Assembly: GCA_963700155.1 (NCBI GenBank)
Contig: OY969472.1
Span: 744,690 to 808,689, forward strand
Length of the DNA stretch: 64,000 nucleotides
Source: an uncultured bacterium
GTDB taxonomy: Bacteria > Patescibacteriota > Dojkabacteria > J137
Reading direction: 5' to 3'
Position numbers and translations under genes: made by a program. The notes beneath the pieces were generated by a model. The model did no database searches, was not told the origin of the DNA, and saw nothing but the letters and a program-made list of their open reading frames with translations. Every line of letters starts with the position of its first letter. Positions within the stretch are counted from its first letter, which is position 1. Shown piece after piece: positions 1 to 8,361 of the stretch.

Positions 1-1
1 T

Positions 2-895
2 GATTCTCTGTCTAAAGAAGTTAATAAATTAATAAAGAATAATAATATAACTACCAAAAACTTTGTACTCTCCGTACCGGAAACTCTTGTTTTTTCTAGA
101 TTGATAAAGCTTCCTAAGGTAAGTGATGAAGAGGCAAATGAAGCTATTCAATATGCTCTAAAACCTCTAGTCCCAGTGCCTTTAGAAAATGTAAATATTT
201 CCTTTTTAGAAATTGATGAAACAAAAGTTGATGATATTGTATATACTAACTGGTATGCAGTAGCGGCTCCGAAACAACTTATTGCTAAATTTCAGACTTT
301 AGCAGAACGTGCTGGATTAAACTTATTTGCAATAGAAACAGAATCTCTAGCAATAACTAGGATGGTACACTATACTGCTTCAGATGATATTAAAAGTGAC
401 GATATGATTATTGATATTGGTGCTGAAAGCTCAAATGTAATTCTTTCCCGTAATGGTGTAGTAATTTTTTCACAAAATATTGGAACTGGATCTGATGCTT
501 TAACAAAGGTTATTGCAGCTGATTTTGGACTTGAACAATCTCAAGCAGATAAATATAAATTGGCTTATGGTTTAGATTTTCAAGAACATGAAGGTAAGAT
601 TGCTAAATCTATCGAACCATTAGTTCAGATAATGATGAGTGAAGTTAGCAAAACGGTAGCTTATTATAATGAAAAGATTGGTGGTAAAGGAATAACTAAT
701 CTTTATCTAACTGGAGGAGGAGGAGCTCTAAAGGGATTGGATCAATATATGCAAAATAAGCTAAATATACCTACTAAACTAGCTAATCCGTTAAATCACA
801 TTGAGGTTGACAATTCTATACAAGACTTTGTTCAAAAAACGAATATAAATAGTTTTAATGTTGCAATTGGTTTAGCTTTAAAAGGAATCGTCTAA
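2..895 (+). CDS. pilM: Type IV pilus assembly ATPase-like protein PilM (5'-partial; reading frame is open to the window edge)
   Basis: The frame is open from nt 2. It has actin/FtsA-like motifs (IGAESSNVIL, LYLTGGGG) and is followed by pilN and pilO-like genes. Confidence 0.7.
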   Translation, partial: DSLSKEVNKLIKNNNITTKNFVLSVPETLVFSRLIKLPKVSDEEANEAIQYALKPLVPVPLENVNISFLEIDETKVDDIVYTNWYAVAAPKQLIAKFQTLAERAGLNLFAIETESLAITRMVHYTASDDIKSDDMIIDIGAESSNVILSRNGVVIFSQNIGTGSDALTKVIAADFGLEQSQADKYKLAYGLDFQEHEGKIAKSIEPLVQIMMSEVSKTVAYYNEKIGGKGITNLYLTGGGGALKGLDQYMQNKLNIPTKLANPLNHIEVDNSIQDFVQKTNINSFNVAIGLALKGIV

Positions 896-904
896 ATATT
901 TACT

Positions 905-1489
905 ATGGCTTCTTCATTTAATTCTAGAAAATTCAACTTGGTTCCTCCTAAGACTAAAGAGGAGCAAGAACAATTCGAAGAAAGAAATAATTCCTTCTTC
1001 TACTCTTTCATATTGATATTTTGTGCTGTAGTGGTTTTTTTTATACTTACACTTGCTCAAACATTAATCATTAATCCTAGGATATCTTCAATTCAAATGA
1101 GTGTTGATAATCTTAATAGTCAAATTGGTAGCTTTAATGGTTTAAAATCAATACATGGTGAATTGTATATAAAGTCTCAAGCACTAGATTCTTTATTAAC
1201 CAAAGATATTAAGATCACAGAGCTATTAGATATTTCATCACAGTTAAAAGCTAATATAAAAGACTCTCAAATTATTGCCTATCATCGAGAAACTACAGGT
1301 GGTTTTCTTATTGATCTTAAATTAGACAATTTTGTAGATATCAATCAGGTTTACACTAACTCTGAATCTATTAAAGAGGTTGAAAACTTAACTCTTAAAA
1401 GTATTGCTAAACAAACAAATGCCGGGACGGGATATGTTGTTGCAACAATTGCGTTTAATATAAATAATATTGACCAGAATGTACAATAA
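905..1489 (+). CDS. pilN: Type IV pilus biogenesis protein PilN-like (N-terminal FNLVPP motif, single TM)
   Basis: It is 194 aa with the conserved N-terminal FNLVPP motif (cf. INLLP) followed by a TM helix. It sits directly after pilM. Confidence 0.55.
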   Translation: MASSFNSRKFNLVPPKTKEEQEQFEERNNSFFYSFILIFCAVVVFFILTLAQTLIINPRISSIQMSVDNLNSQIGSFNGLKSIHGELYIKSQALDSLLTKDIKITELLDISSQLKANIKDSQIIAYHRETTGGFLIDLKLDNFVDINQVYTNSESIKEVENLTLKSIAKQTNAGTGYVVATIAFNINNIDQNVQ

Positions 1490-2213
1490 TAAGAAAACTT
1501 TACAAAAAGAAAAAAAAGGAATAGATATTCGAGCACTAGAAAAGGTGCTAAAAATATATATCCTTCCTCTTGTAAGTATGGCTTTATTTTTTTTAGTAAT
1601 AATATTTTTAGTCATACCAAAAATAAGTGAAATATTTAGTTCTTTAGACATAATTTCTAAAGAAAATATGAGTTATGAGCAGGCAAAAGTAAACTTAGAT
1701 GAGTTACAATCTGCTTCTCAAAATACTAATACTATGCTCTCTCAGTTAGATGTTGTTAATCAAACAACACCAACAGGAAAGACTGAAGTAGTTAAATTCA
1801 GAGACAAAATTACAAACCTTACAACAAAAAATAACCTTGTAATTTTGTCTCAACAATTGAGCGAAAATAATCTTCCGACTGGAGAAAATCAACAATCTAC
1901 AGACGGGAGCCTGTCTTTACAAGAAGTCCCATTTACTTTTGAAATACAAGGTCAATATAGTTCTTTAATAAATTTTTTAAAAGATTTAAGCTCTATAGAT
2001 GATTTTATAATAGTAAGAGAAATGGAGCTTAATTCAAATGCAATATCTACAAGTGTTTCAGGTTCTGATTTATGGGTATTGAAACTTACAATAAATAAAT
2101 ATCAGTTTAGTCAGATCTCTCAGGAGTCACAAGATAATATATATCAGAATATTCCAATTAGTGCACAACCAAGCCAGAAAGTTCTAGATTATGTAAATTC
2201 TAAAATTCAGTAG
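1470..2213 (+). CDS. pilO: PilO-like single-TM pilus assembly protein
   Basis: It is 247 aa with one N-terminal TM helix. Its start overlaps the end of pilN, in the position expected in a pilMNO operon. Confidence 0.4.
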   Translation: MTRMYNNKKTLQKEKKGIDIRALEKVLKIYILPLVSMALFFLVIIFLVIPKISEIFSSLDIISKENMSYEQAKVNLDELQSASQNTNTMLSQLDVVNQTTPTGKTEVVKFRDKITNLTTKNNLVILSQQLSENNLPTGENQQSTDGSLSLQEVPFTFEIQGQYSSLINFLKDLSSIDDFIIVREMELNSNAISTSVSGSDLWVLKLTINKYQFSQISQESQDNIYQNIPISAQPSQKVLDYVNSKIQ

Positions 2214-2264
2214 AATTAAATATAATGTTCCAGTATAGTATTTCGAAAACGATAGGTTATGAGG

Positions 2265-2627
2265 TTATTTTGTTGACTCTTCTCTAGCTTCTGCCTTTAC
2301 TTCCTTTTTTGTTTCAGCTTCAGTTTGTTTTAGTTTTCTTTCTGTAGACTTTTTGCCAGCTTTCTTTGAGAAAGTTCTCTTAAATTTTGAAGGTTTTAAT
2401 AAATTCTTTTTAATTAAGAAAGATCTTACTGTCTCGCTTGGTTGTGCACCAACAGAAAGCCAGTATTTTGCTCTATCTTCATTGATTTGAAGTTCTTTTG
2501 TATGTGGAAGATAATATCCTAATATTTCAATAGCATCTGATTCTCTCTTCTCACGTAGATTTGTAACAACAATTCTATATGATGCTAAATTTTTTCTTCC
2601 TGTTCTGCTTAATCTTATTCGAACCAC
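2265..2627 (-). CDS. rpsP: 30S ribosomal protein S16 with Lys/Glu-rich C-terminal extension
   Basis: It begins MVRIRLSRTGRK...YRIVV, the S16 signature. The tail is rich in K and E. Confidence 0.9.
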   Translation of the reverse strand: MVRIRLSRTGRKNLASYRIVVTNLREKRESDAIEILGYYLPHTKELQINEDRAKYWLSVGAQPSETVRSFLIKKNLLKPSKFKRTFSKKAGKKSTERKLKQTEAETKKEVKAEAREESTK

Positions 2628-2750
2628 TTTTATTTATTTAATAATTACTTAATTTCTAATTAATAGGATCTGTTTAGCTGTTCTATTAATCAAATGCTTG
2701 ATATATTAACAAAATTCTCTAAAAAAGTCTATGGAAAAGATGATTATAAA

Positions 2751-3464
2751 CTAGAAATATTTGTTAACAAGTGACTCCCAATTGTTTAATGCATCTTCAG
2801 CAGCTTTTTGCTCTGCCTCCTGTTTACTTCTTCCTTTTCCTCTACCGAATTCATTCTCACCAATTTTTACAGCCATTATGAATGTTTTATCATGATCTGG
2901 ACCTTCTGAACTTATGAATTCATAAATGGGTGTTAACTTTACTGATTCCTGTGCAACTTCCTGAAGTTTTGATTTGGAATCAATGTCTAGTCTAGAATTA
3001 ACGATATCCTCAGTTTTATGAGCAATATTATCAATAATGAATTTCTTTGCAGTTTCATATCCTTGATCTAGATAGATTGCTCCAATAATTGCCTCAACAG
3101 TATTTGCAAGAATATATGGTCTTTGTCTTCCTCCTGTTGACTCTTCTCCTTTACTCATAAATATAAATTCTCCAAACCCTAATCTTTCAGCTTCTTCTGC
3201 AAGACTTTCTGTCTTAACAAGAGCTGCTCTAAAACTTGTCAAATCACCTTCTGGGTGATCTTCATACTTTTTGAATAGAAATTCAGTGATCACTAATTCT
3301 AATACTGCATCACCTAGAAACTCTAATCTTTCATTATGTTGGAGCCCTTCTCCTCTGTTCTCATTTACATATGATCTATGTGTTAAAGCTTCAGATAGAA
3401 GTTTAGAGTTAATAAATTTAACTCCTAGTTTATTTTCAAGACTGTTAAGATCGGTATTATTCAT
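2751..3464 (-). CDS. rnc: Ribonuclease III
   Basis: It carries the ERLEFLGDAVLELV RNase III signature and a C-terminal dsRBD. It is 237 aa. Confidence 0.9.
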   Translation of the reverse strand: MNNTDLNSLENKLGVKFINSKLLSEALTHRSYVNENRGEGLQHNERLEFLGDAVLELVITEFLFKKYEDHPEGDLTSFRAALVKTESLAEEAERLGFGEFIFMSKGEESTGGRQRPYILANTVEAIIGAIYLDQGYETAKKFIIDNIAHKTEDIVNSRLDIDSKSKLQEVAQESVKLTPIYEFISSEGPDHDKTFIMAVKIGENEFGRGKGRSKQEAEQKAAEDALNNWESLVNKYF

Positions 3465-3936
3465 TATTTCCTGTTAATTTAGATAATTTATCTTGTAAAC
3501 TTTGATTATTGTATATATTTCCAAGCACACCATTTATAAATGAACTGTTTGATTTCGATGAAAGTTCTTTATCAAGTTGTATAGCTTCATTAATCACTAC
3601 CTTAGGAGGAGTAATTCGACCAATAAAAGCTTCCCAAATTGACATTCTCAATATTATTAAATTTACCGGATTTATTTGATCAATTGGCCATGCTGGTGCA
3701 ACCTCTTGAATAATATTGTCCAACTTTAACTTAAATTCTTCAACTCCGCCAACGATTTTTTGATATAGATCTGAATTAAACTTTGTTTCATCTATTATCT
3801 GTAAAAGAGTTTGGGGTTCGAACACTTGAAAATCTAAATTATTTTTTTCAGCAAAAAACTTTGTGAAGAGATATTGAACTGCTAATAAACGGCTAAGATG
3901 TCTCTTGTCTGTAGGATTAGTATCCAATTCGTTCAT
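3457..3936 (-). CDS. nusB: Transcription antitermination factor NusB
   Basis: It is 159 aa with an N-terminal RHLSRLLAVQYLF NusB-like motif. Its end overlaps rnc. Confidence 0.7.
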   Translation of the reverse strand: MNELDTNPTDKRHLSRLLAVQYLFTKFFAEKNNLDFQVFEPQTLLQIIDETKFNSDLYQKIVGGVEEFKLKLDNIIQEVAPAWPIDQINPVNLIILRMSIWEAFIGRITPPKVVINEAIQLDKELSSKSNSSFINGVLGNIYNNQSLQDKLSKLTGNNE

Positions 3937-3947
3937 AATTTTACTAA

Positions 3948-4166
3948 TTATTTAGTCTTGACTACTTTTAATCCTTTGTATTCAGGATTTTCCTTTGTAG
4001 CCATATGTGAAGGTTTGTATTTATTTGTACTTTTATCAAATGAAACTAATTTTCCACCATTCTTTTTGGTCTTTCTGAACTTGTTCAAAACAACGTCATA
4101 TCTATTAGATGCTCTTGTTGTTCTTCTTTTTTGACTTGATCTTCTGTGTTTAGGTGTTGCTGCCAT
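3948..4166 (-). CDS. rpmF: 50S ribosomal protein L32
   Basis: It begins MAATPKHRRSSQKRRTTRAS, which is L32-like. It is 72 aa. Confidence 0.65.
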   Translation of the reverse strand: MAATPKHRRSSQKRRTTRASNRYDVVLNKFRKTKKNGGKLVSFDKSTNKYKPSHMATKENPEYKGLKVVKTK

Positions 4167-4222
4167 ATTATTAAATTAACTGAGTTATTTATTAACACGC
4201 TATTTTAGCATAAATTAAGGCT

Positions 4223-4756
4223 TTAAGCATTATTTGGAATAAGAAAATAAACATAACTAATTCCAATTTTCTTATTTTCAACTATATTCCATTTTTTAGC
4301 TAAAAAATCATCTAGTGGTTCATTACTCCTCAAAACTATAATACCGTTCTTTCTGAGGACCGTAGCGATTAATTTAAGGGCAATTTTTTTAGTGATAGCA
4401 AATGGAGGGTCAAGAAATATTATGTCGAAATTTTTATCAGTATTTTTTATAAAGATTTTATAATCTTTTCTAAAAATTTCGACAGGCTCCTCAACAAAAC
4501 TTAGGTTATCTTCTAAAAATTGCCCAGCTTCAATATCTTGTTCAACGAAAGTGCCGGAGTCAGCACCACGACTCAAAGCTTCAATACCAAGACTTCCAGA
4601 GCCAGCGAATAAATCAAGTATAGATTTTCCCTCGACGTTTGAACCTAAAGTATCAAAAATAACTGTTTTAATTCTGTCAGTTACCGGACGTGCTGACTCC
4701 GGCACTCTTAATGTTCTTCCTTTATATTTACCTGTGATTATTCTTGGTTTATCCAT
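4223..4756 (-). CDS. rsmD: 16S rRNA (guanine966-N2)-methyltransferase RsmD
   Basis: It has the SAM-binding motif DLFAGSGSLGIEALSRGA and the DPPF motif. Confidence 0.8.
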   Translation of the reverse strand: MDKPRIITGKYKGRTLRVPESARPVTDRIKTVIFDTLGSNVEGKSILDLFAGSGSLGIEALSRGADSGTFVEQDIEAGQFLEDNLSFVEEPVEIFRKDYKIFIKNTDKNFDIIFLDPPFAITKKIALKLIATVLRKNGIIVLRSNEPLDDFLAKKWNIVENKKIGISYVYFLIPNNA

Positions 4757-4769
4757 ATTATTATCTGTA

Positions 4770-5225
4770 TTACTTTTGACTTATTATATGATACAAAATT
4801 ATACCTACGGTTGTTGAAACATTTAATGAATTTTTTTTACCAAGCATCGGTAATTCTACAATTTTGTCGCTAATATTTAACAACTCAATATCCACACCAC
4901 TTATTTCGTTGCCAAAAATTAGACACACTTTATTGTTATATACAATATTAGAATAATCTTCGGAATTGCTTGCCTGTTCTACTGAAATAATACTAAAACC
5001 TTCTTTTTTTAAGTATTCAACAACTTCTAAAGCTGATTTTTTGTGCTCTGTTTTAACATAGTTCTCTGCTCCAAGAGCTGTCTTAGAGATTTTTTTATGA
5101 GTAATATCTGGAGTTATCCCACATAGATATAATTTTTTAACTCCAGCACCGTCGCAAGTCCTTAAAATCGCTCCAACATTCAACACAGAGCGTACATTGT
5201 CTAAAACAACTACTATTTCTTTCAT
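4770..5225 (-). CDS. SpoU/TrmH-family RNA 2'-O-methyltransferase (TrmL-like)
   Basis: It is 151 aa with SPOUT-fold motifs (NVGAILRTCDGAG, FGNEISG). Confidence 0.65.
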   Translation of the reverse strand: MKEIVVVLDNVRSVLNVGAILRTCDGAGVKKLYLCGITPDITHKKISKTALGAENYVKTEHKKSALEVVEYLKKEGFSIISVEQASNSEDYSNIVYNNKVCLIFGNEISGVDIELLNISDKIVELPMLGKKNSLNVSTTVGIILYHIISQK

Positions 5226-5246
5226 AAAGTGAATTTTGAATATTAT

Positions 5247-5987
5247 TTAACCTTCTAGATCAAGTCTTGAAGTTTCTTCACTTAATAATGCTTCTATACC
5301 TTGATCTGCTAGTTCTTTTGGTGTAAGGATTTTATCACCAATTTCATTCTTAGGTTTTAAAAATTCATTTTTTTGCTTTTCTTTCTTAGGAGACATTATA
5401 CTTAAAATAAAGTAAGTAAACATTAATAGTATATTAATTATAGATAGAGTTTTAATCGTCTCATCACTTGCATAAACATCATTTGAGAATCGAGTTTCTA
5501 TTTGATGTAAAGATAAATCAAGAGATTTAAAAGTTAGATTCATATAGCCAAAGTATTGATCTAGTAGTTGTTTATCGGATTCTTTTAATTGGTTATAAGT
5601 ATTGGTAATTATTTTATTTTGGATTTCACTTTTTATTATCGCCAATTGATTTGAGAGTAAATTAATAGACGTAAGTAAATCTATATTTTGAGATCTTGCG
5701 TATGTATTGTTTTCTTGATTAGTTAAACTTAATCCGTAGTCTAAAGTTTGTAAATACGTACTAAGCATGTCTGTGCTAGGAACTTCATGATTATTAAAAG
5801 ATTGGTTCATTTCATTGATATAATTCTTTAGTTCTTGAAATCTTTTTTGTGTTTCATTATATTTATCCAAGTTAATTCTTGACCCTAAATCTATAGATCC
5901 TATAAATGCTTCAATAATTATCATTATTACAGCTGAATAAAGAGTAACATTTTTTATACTTTGTTTTATGCTTTCGAATCTATTCAT
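5247..5987 (-). CDS. Hypothetical two-TM membrane protein, tandem paralog 1 of 4
   Basis: It is 246 aa. It has an N-terminal TM, a ~150 aa helical extracytoplasmic domain carrying a TLDY motif, a C-terminal TM, and a charged tail. Confidence 0.5.
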   Translation of the reverse strand: MNRFESIKQSIKNVTLYSAVIMIIIEAFIGSIDLGSRINLDKYNETQKRFQELKNYINEMNQSFNNHEVPSTDMLSTYLQTLDYGLSLTNQENNTYARSQNIDLLTSINLLSNQLAIIKSEIQNKIITNTYNQLKESDKQLLDQYFGYMNLTFKSLDLSLHQIETRFSNDVYASDETIKTLSIINILLMFTYFILSIMSPKKEKQKNEFLKPKNEIGDKILTPKELADQGIEALLSEETSRLDLEG

Positions 5988-5992
5988 GATTT

Positions 5993-6763
5993 TTAATTTT
6001 CTTGCTGATTTTGGTTTAATAAATCTTCTAGACTTGGTAAAGAGGACTCGTCAGTGATTTCTTCATCTTCATAATACATTGGAGGCATAAATTCGATTAT
6101 GTCTTCGATTTTCAATTTATCATTTCCATCTTCGGTTATATTTGCTCTTTTTTTTATTATAACTATTAGCCATAAAACAATATTAGCTGCGATAAGAGAA
6201 AGTCCAATTACAGTATATCTGTCAGAATAGTTTTGCTCTATATATTTCTGATTTGCTCTTGCAATAGCTTCATCACTAACAAAAGGAATTTTATTCAGTG
6301 TATTTCTTAAATCAGTAAAGAGTTTATTTATCTGAACTATTTCATCAGAATTAAAATTATTATTTGGCTGGTTAATTAAATCTTTTAGATTGTTTAAATA
6401 TTGATTGAGTAAGGTAAGTTGATGCATTATTTGCTCATCAAAGCTGTAGGAAAGGCTTAAGTTATAAACATCTTGCAGGCTATCATCTATAATTCTTTGA
6501 TAAGCTGTAACACCTTCTTCAGTATTATTTGAACCTTCGGAGACTTGATTCATAAAGTCATCAAGGATTCTTATGTGATCAGATAATTCAGTAGTTAATC
6601 TATGGTTATTTTCTAAGAAAGCAAGTCCTCTTTGCTTAGAACCCATATCACCTACAAAATAGAAATAAGTAATGATAGAAATTATTATAAATAAACTTTG
6701 TACTGGAGTAAGAAAACTACCTTTGTCAGATTCATATGTATTTTTCTTTAATTTTTCTGGCAT
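5993..6763 (-). CDS. Hypothetical two-TM membrane protein, tandem paralog 2 of 4 (acidic C-terminal tail)
   Basis: It is 256 aa with the same architecture as paralog 1. The tail is ...TEDGNDKLKIEDIIEF...EDEEITDESS. Confidence 0.5.
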   Translation of the reverse strand: MPEKLKKNTYESDKGSFLTPVQSLFIIISIITYFYFVGDMGSKQRGLAFLENNHRLTTELSDHIRILDDFMNQVSEGSNNTEEGVTAYQRIIDDSLQDVYNLSLSYSFDEQIMHQLTLLNQYLNNLKDLINQPNNNFNSDEIVQINKLFTDLRNTLNKIPFVSDEAIARANQKYIEQNYSDRYTVIGLSLIAANIVLWLIVIIKKRANITEDGNDKLKIEDIIEFMPPMYYEDEEITDESSLPSLEDLLNQNQQEN

Positions 6764-6780
6764 ATTATATTTAAATTTAA

Positions 6781-7533
6781 CTATAATTCTGCTTCAGTTT
6801 TATTATTCTTTAATAGTTCATCTAAACTTTCAAAAGTCTTGATGTCCTTTTCTTCGATTTCTCCATCATTATCTTGATCTATTTTTGCAATTGGTTCTTT
6901 AGTATTGTTTTTAAGTTTGGGAGGTTTAATAATACTTAGAATTATCCATAATATAGCGCATATGCTTGTAATAACTTCTCCAATCCTAAATAATATTGCA
7001 GCATTATCCATATCGTTATCATAATTTGCAATCGTTTTCTCTATAATTGCATTTAATTCTCCAAAATATTTATCAATATTAGTAAAGTTAATTTTTATCA
7101 ATTCTATTTGTTCAGAAGTTAAATTTGTTGATGTCTTTTCTAAGTTTACTGTGTATATTTGCTGAATTAAGGTTTGAACGTAGTCTAAACTGTTCAAAAT
7201 CTCATTTAAAGTTGCTGTGGGGTATATTGATTCAGAATTAGTATAAACACTTATTTTTGTAATATTATCATTAATTGCGCTTAAGTATATATTAAGTCTA
7301 CTCTGGCTAATTGTTCCGTTTTGGTCAAGAATATCAGATTCAATAGTATCTATATTTGAGTTTAGTGGAATAACTGTGCTCATTAAACTGTTAAGAGATT
7401 GTTTCTTTGTGTATTGCATTCCAGAGAAGATGGCCACTATAGCATCTAACACTGCAAGTAGTATTGTAATATAACCTAAGTATTTTCTTCTGAATATTTC
7501 AACCTTATATCTTGTAGAATCAAGTTGATCCAT
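6781..7533 (-). CDS. Hypothetical two-TM membrane protein, tandem paralog 3 of 4 (EF-hand-like loop DQDNDGEIEEKD in tail)
   Basis: It is 250 aa with the same architecture. The C-terminal loop DxDxDGxIxxxD is a near-canonical EF-hand loop. Confidence 0.5.
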   Translation of the reverse strand: MDQLDSTRYKVEIFRRKYLGYITILLAVLDAIVAIFSGMQYTKKQSLNSLMSTVIPLNSNIDTIESDILDQNGTISQSRLNIYLSAINDNITKISVYTNSESIYPTATLNEILNSLDYVQTLIQQIYTVNLEKTSTNLTSEQIELIKINFTNIDKYFGELNAIIEKTIANYDNDMDNAAILFRIGEVITSICAILWIILSIIKPPKLKNNTKEPIAKIDQDNDGEIEEKDIKTFESLDELLKNNKTEAEL

Positions 7534-7616
7534 AATTTAAATGATTAAATTTATGTCATGATTATACAATTATTCTGGAAATTATTAGAAAATAAATAAA
7601 AAGTTTAAGAGTAATC

Positions 7617-8342
7617 TTAACATTCGTTCCTACTTAGTAATTTTGCTTCTTCGATTGATAATTCACCGTCATCATCCAATTCTAAACTTTTTAATTGGTT
7701 TAATTCGATTTCATCATTCTTTCTTTTTCTTCTATTCCCTGCAGCCAAGCCAATTACATTGGTTATACTTAAGATCAGTCCGATAATAGATAGTACAAGA
7801 GTTGTTAGTCCAGCAATATAATCAATATTTTTCATGTCTATTTGGATACCATTTTCTTTTTGTTCCAATACTTGATAAATATCATTAAAAAGCTTGTCTA
7901 GATAATTGAAATAAGTCCTTGCAGCATCTAAGTCATCTTGAGTTAAACTAGACAGTTCTGAAGAAGAAAGTTTTGATAATTCTTCTAAATTATCCCTAAT
8001 ATTGGGAATATTATTTTTAATAGTTTCTAAACTTTGAGATATGTCATCATTACTAACTTGTTTGAATAAAGAATCAAGTGAATCTAAGGTGCTTTGGTAA
8101 AGTGAAAAAGTTGATGGTTGAAGATTTCCTCTATCTAAAAGATCTATCCTAAGAGCATTTACAGTTTCTTGAATTGGTTGCACACTCTTTTTTTGTTTTA
8201 AGGTGGATTCTAAGTTTTGATGTTCTACAAATTGTGAGGTTCCAGCAACTCCATCTATAATTCCTGTTAAAAGTATTAGTATCCATAAGAAACTCTCAAT
8301 ATTTTGTATAAGTTTTGGTTTCTCAATATTATTTTCTGGCAT
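7617..8342 (-). CDS. Hypothetical two-TM membrane protein, tandem paralog 4 of 4 (EF-hand-like loop ELDDDGELSIEE in tail)
   Basis: It is 241 aa with the same architecture. The C-terminal ExDxDGxLxxxE loop is EF-hand-like. Confidence 0.5.
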   Translation of the reverse strand: MPENNIEKPKLIQNIESFLWILILLTGIIDGVAGTSQFVEHQNLESTLKQKKSVQPIQETVNALRIDLLDRGNLQPSTFSLYQSTLDSLDSLFKQVSNDDISQSLETIKNNIPNIRDNLEELSKLSSSELSSLTQDDLDAARTYFNYLDKLFNDIYQVLEQKENGIQIDMKNIDYIAGLTTLVLSIIGLILSITNVIGLAAGNRRKRKNDEIELNQLKSLELDDDGELSIEEAKLLSRNEC

Positions 8343-8361
8343 TTTGTTTATCTAAAATATA

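Noticed and set aside
1351-1651. Minus-strand ORFs 1351-1536 and 1388-1651
   Set aside because: They lie antisense within pilN/pilO. Their hydrophobic junk translations are typical of the AT-rich antisense strand.
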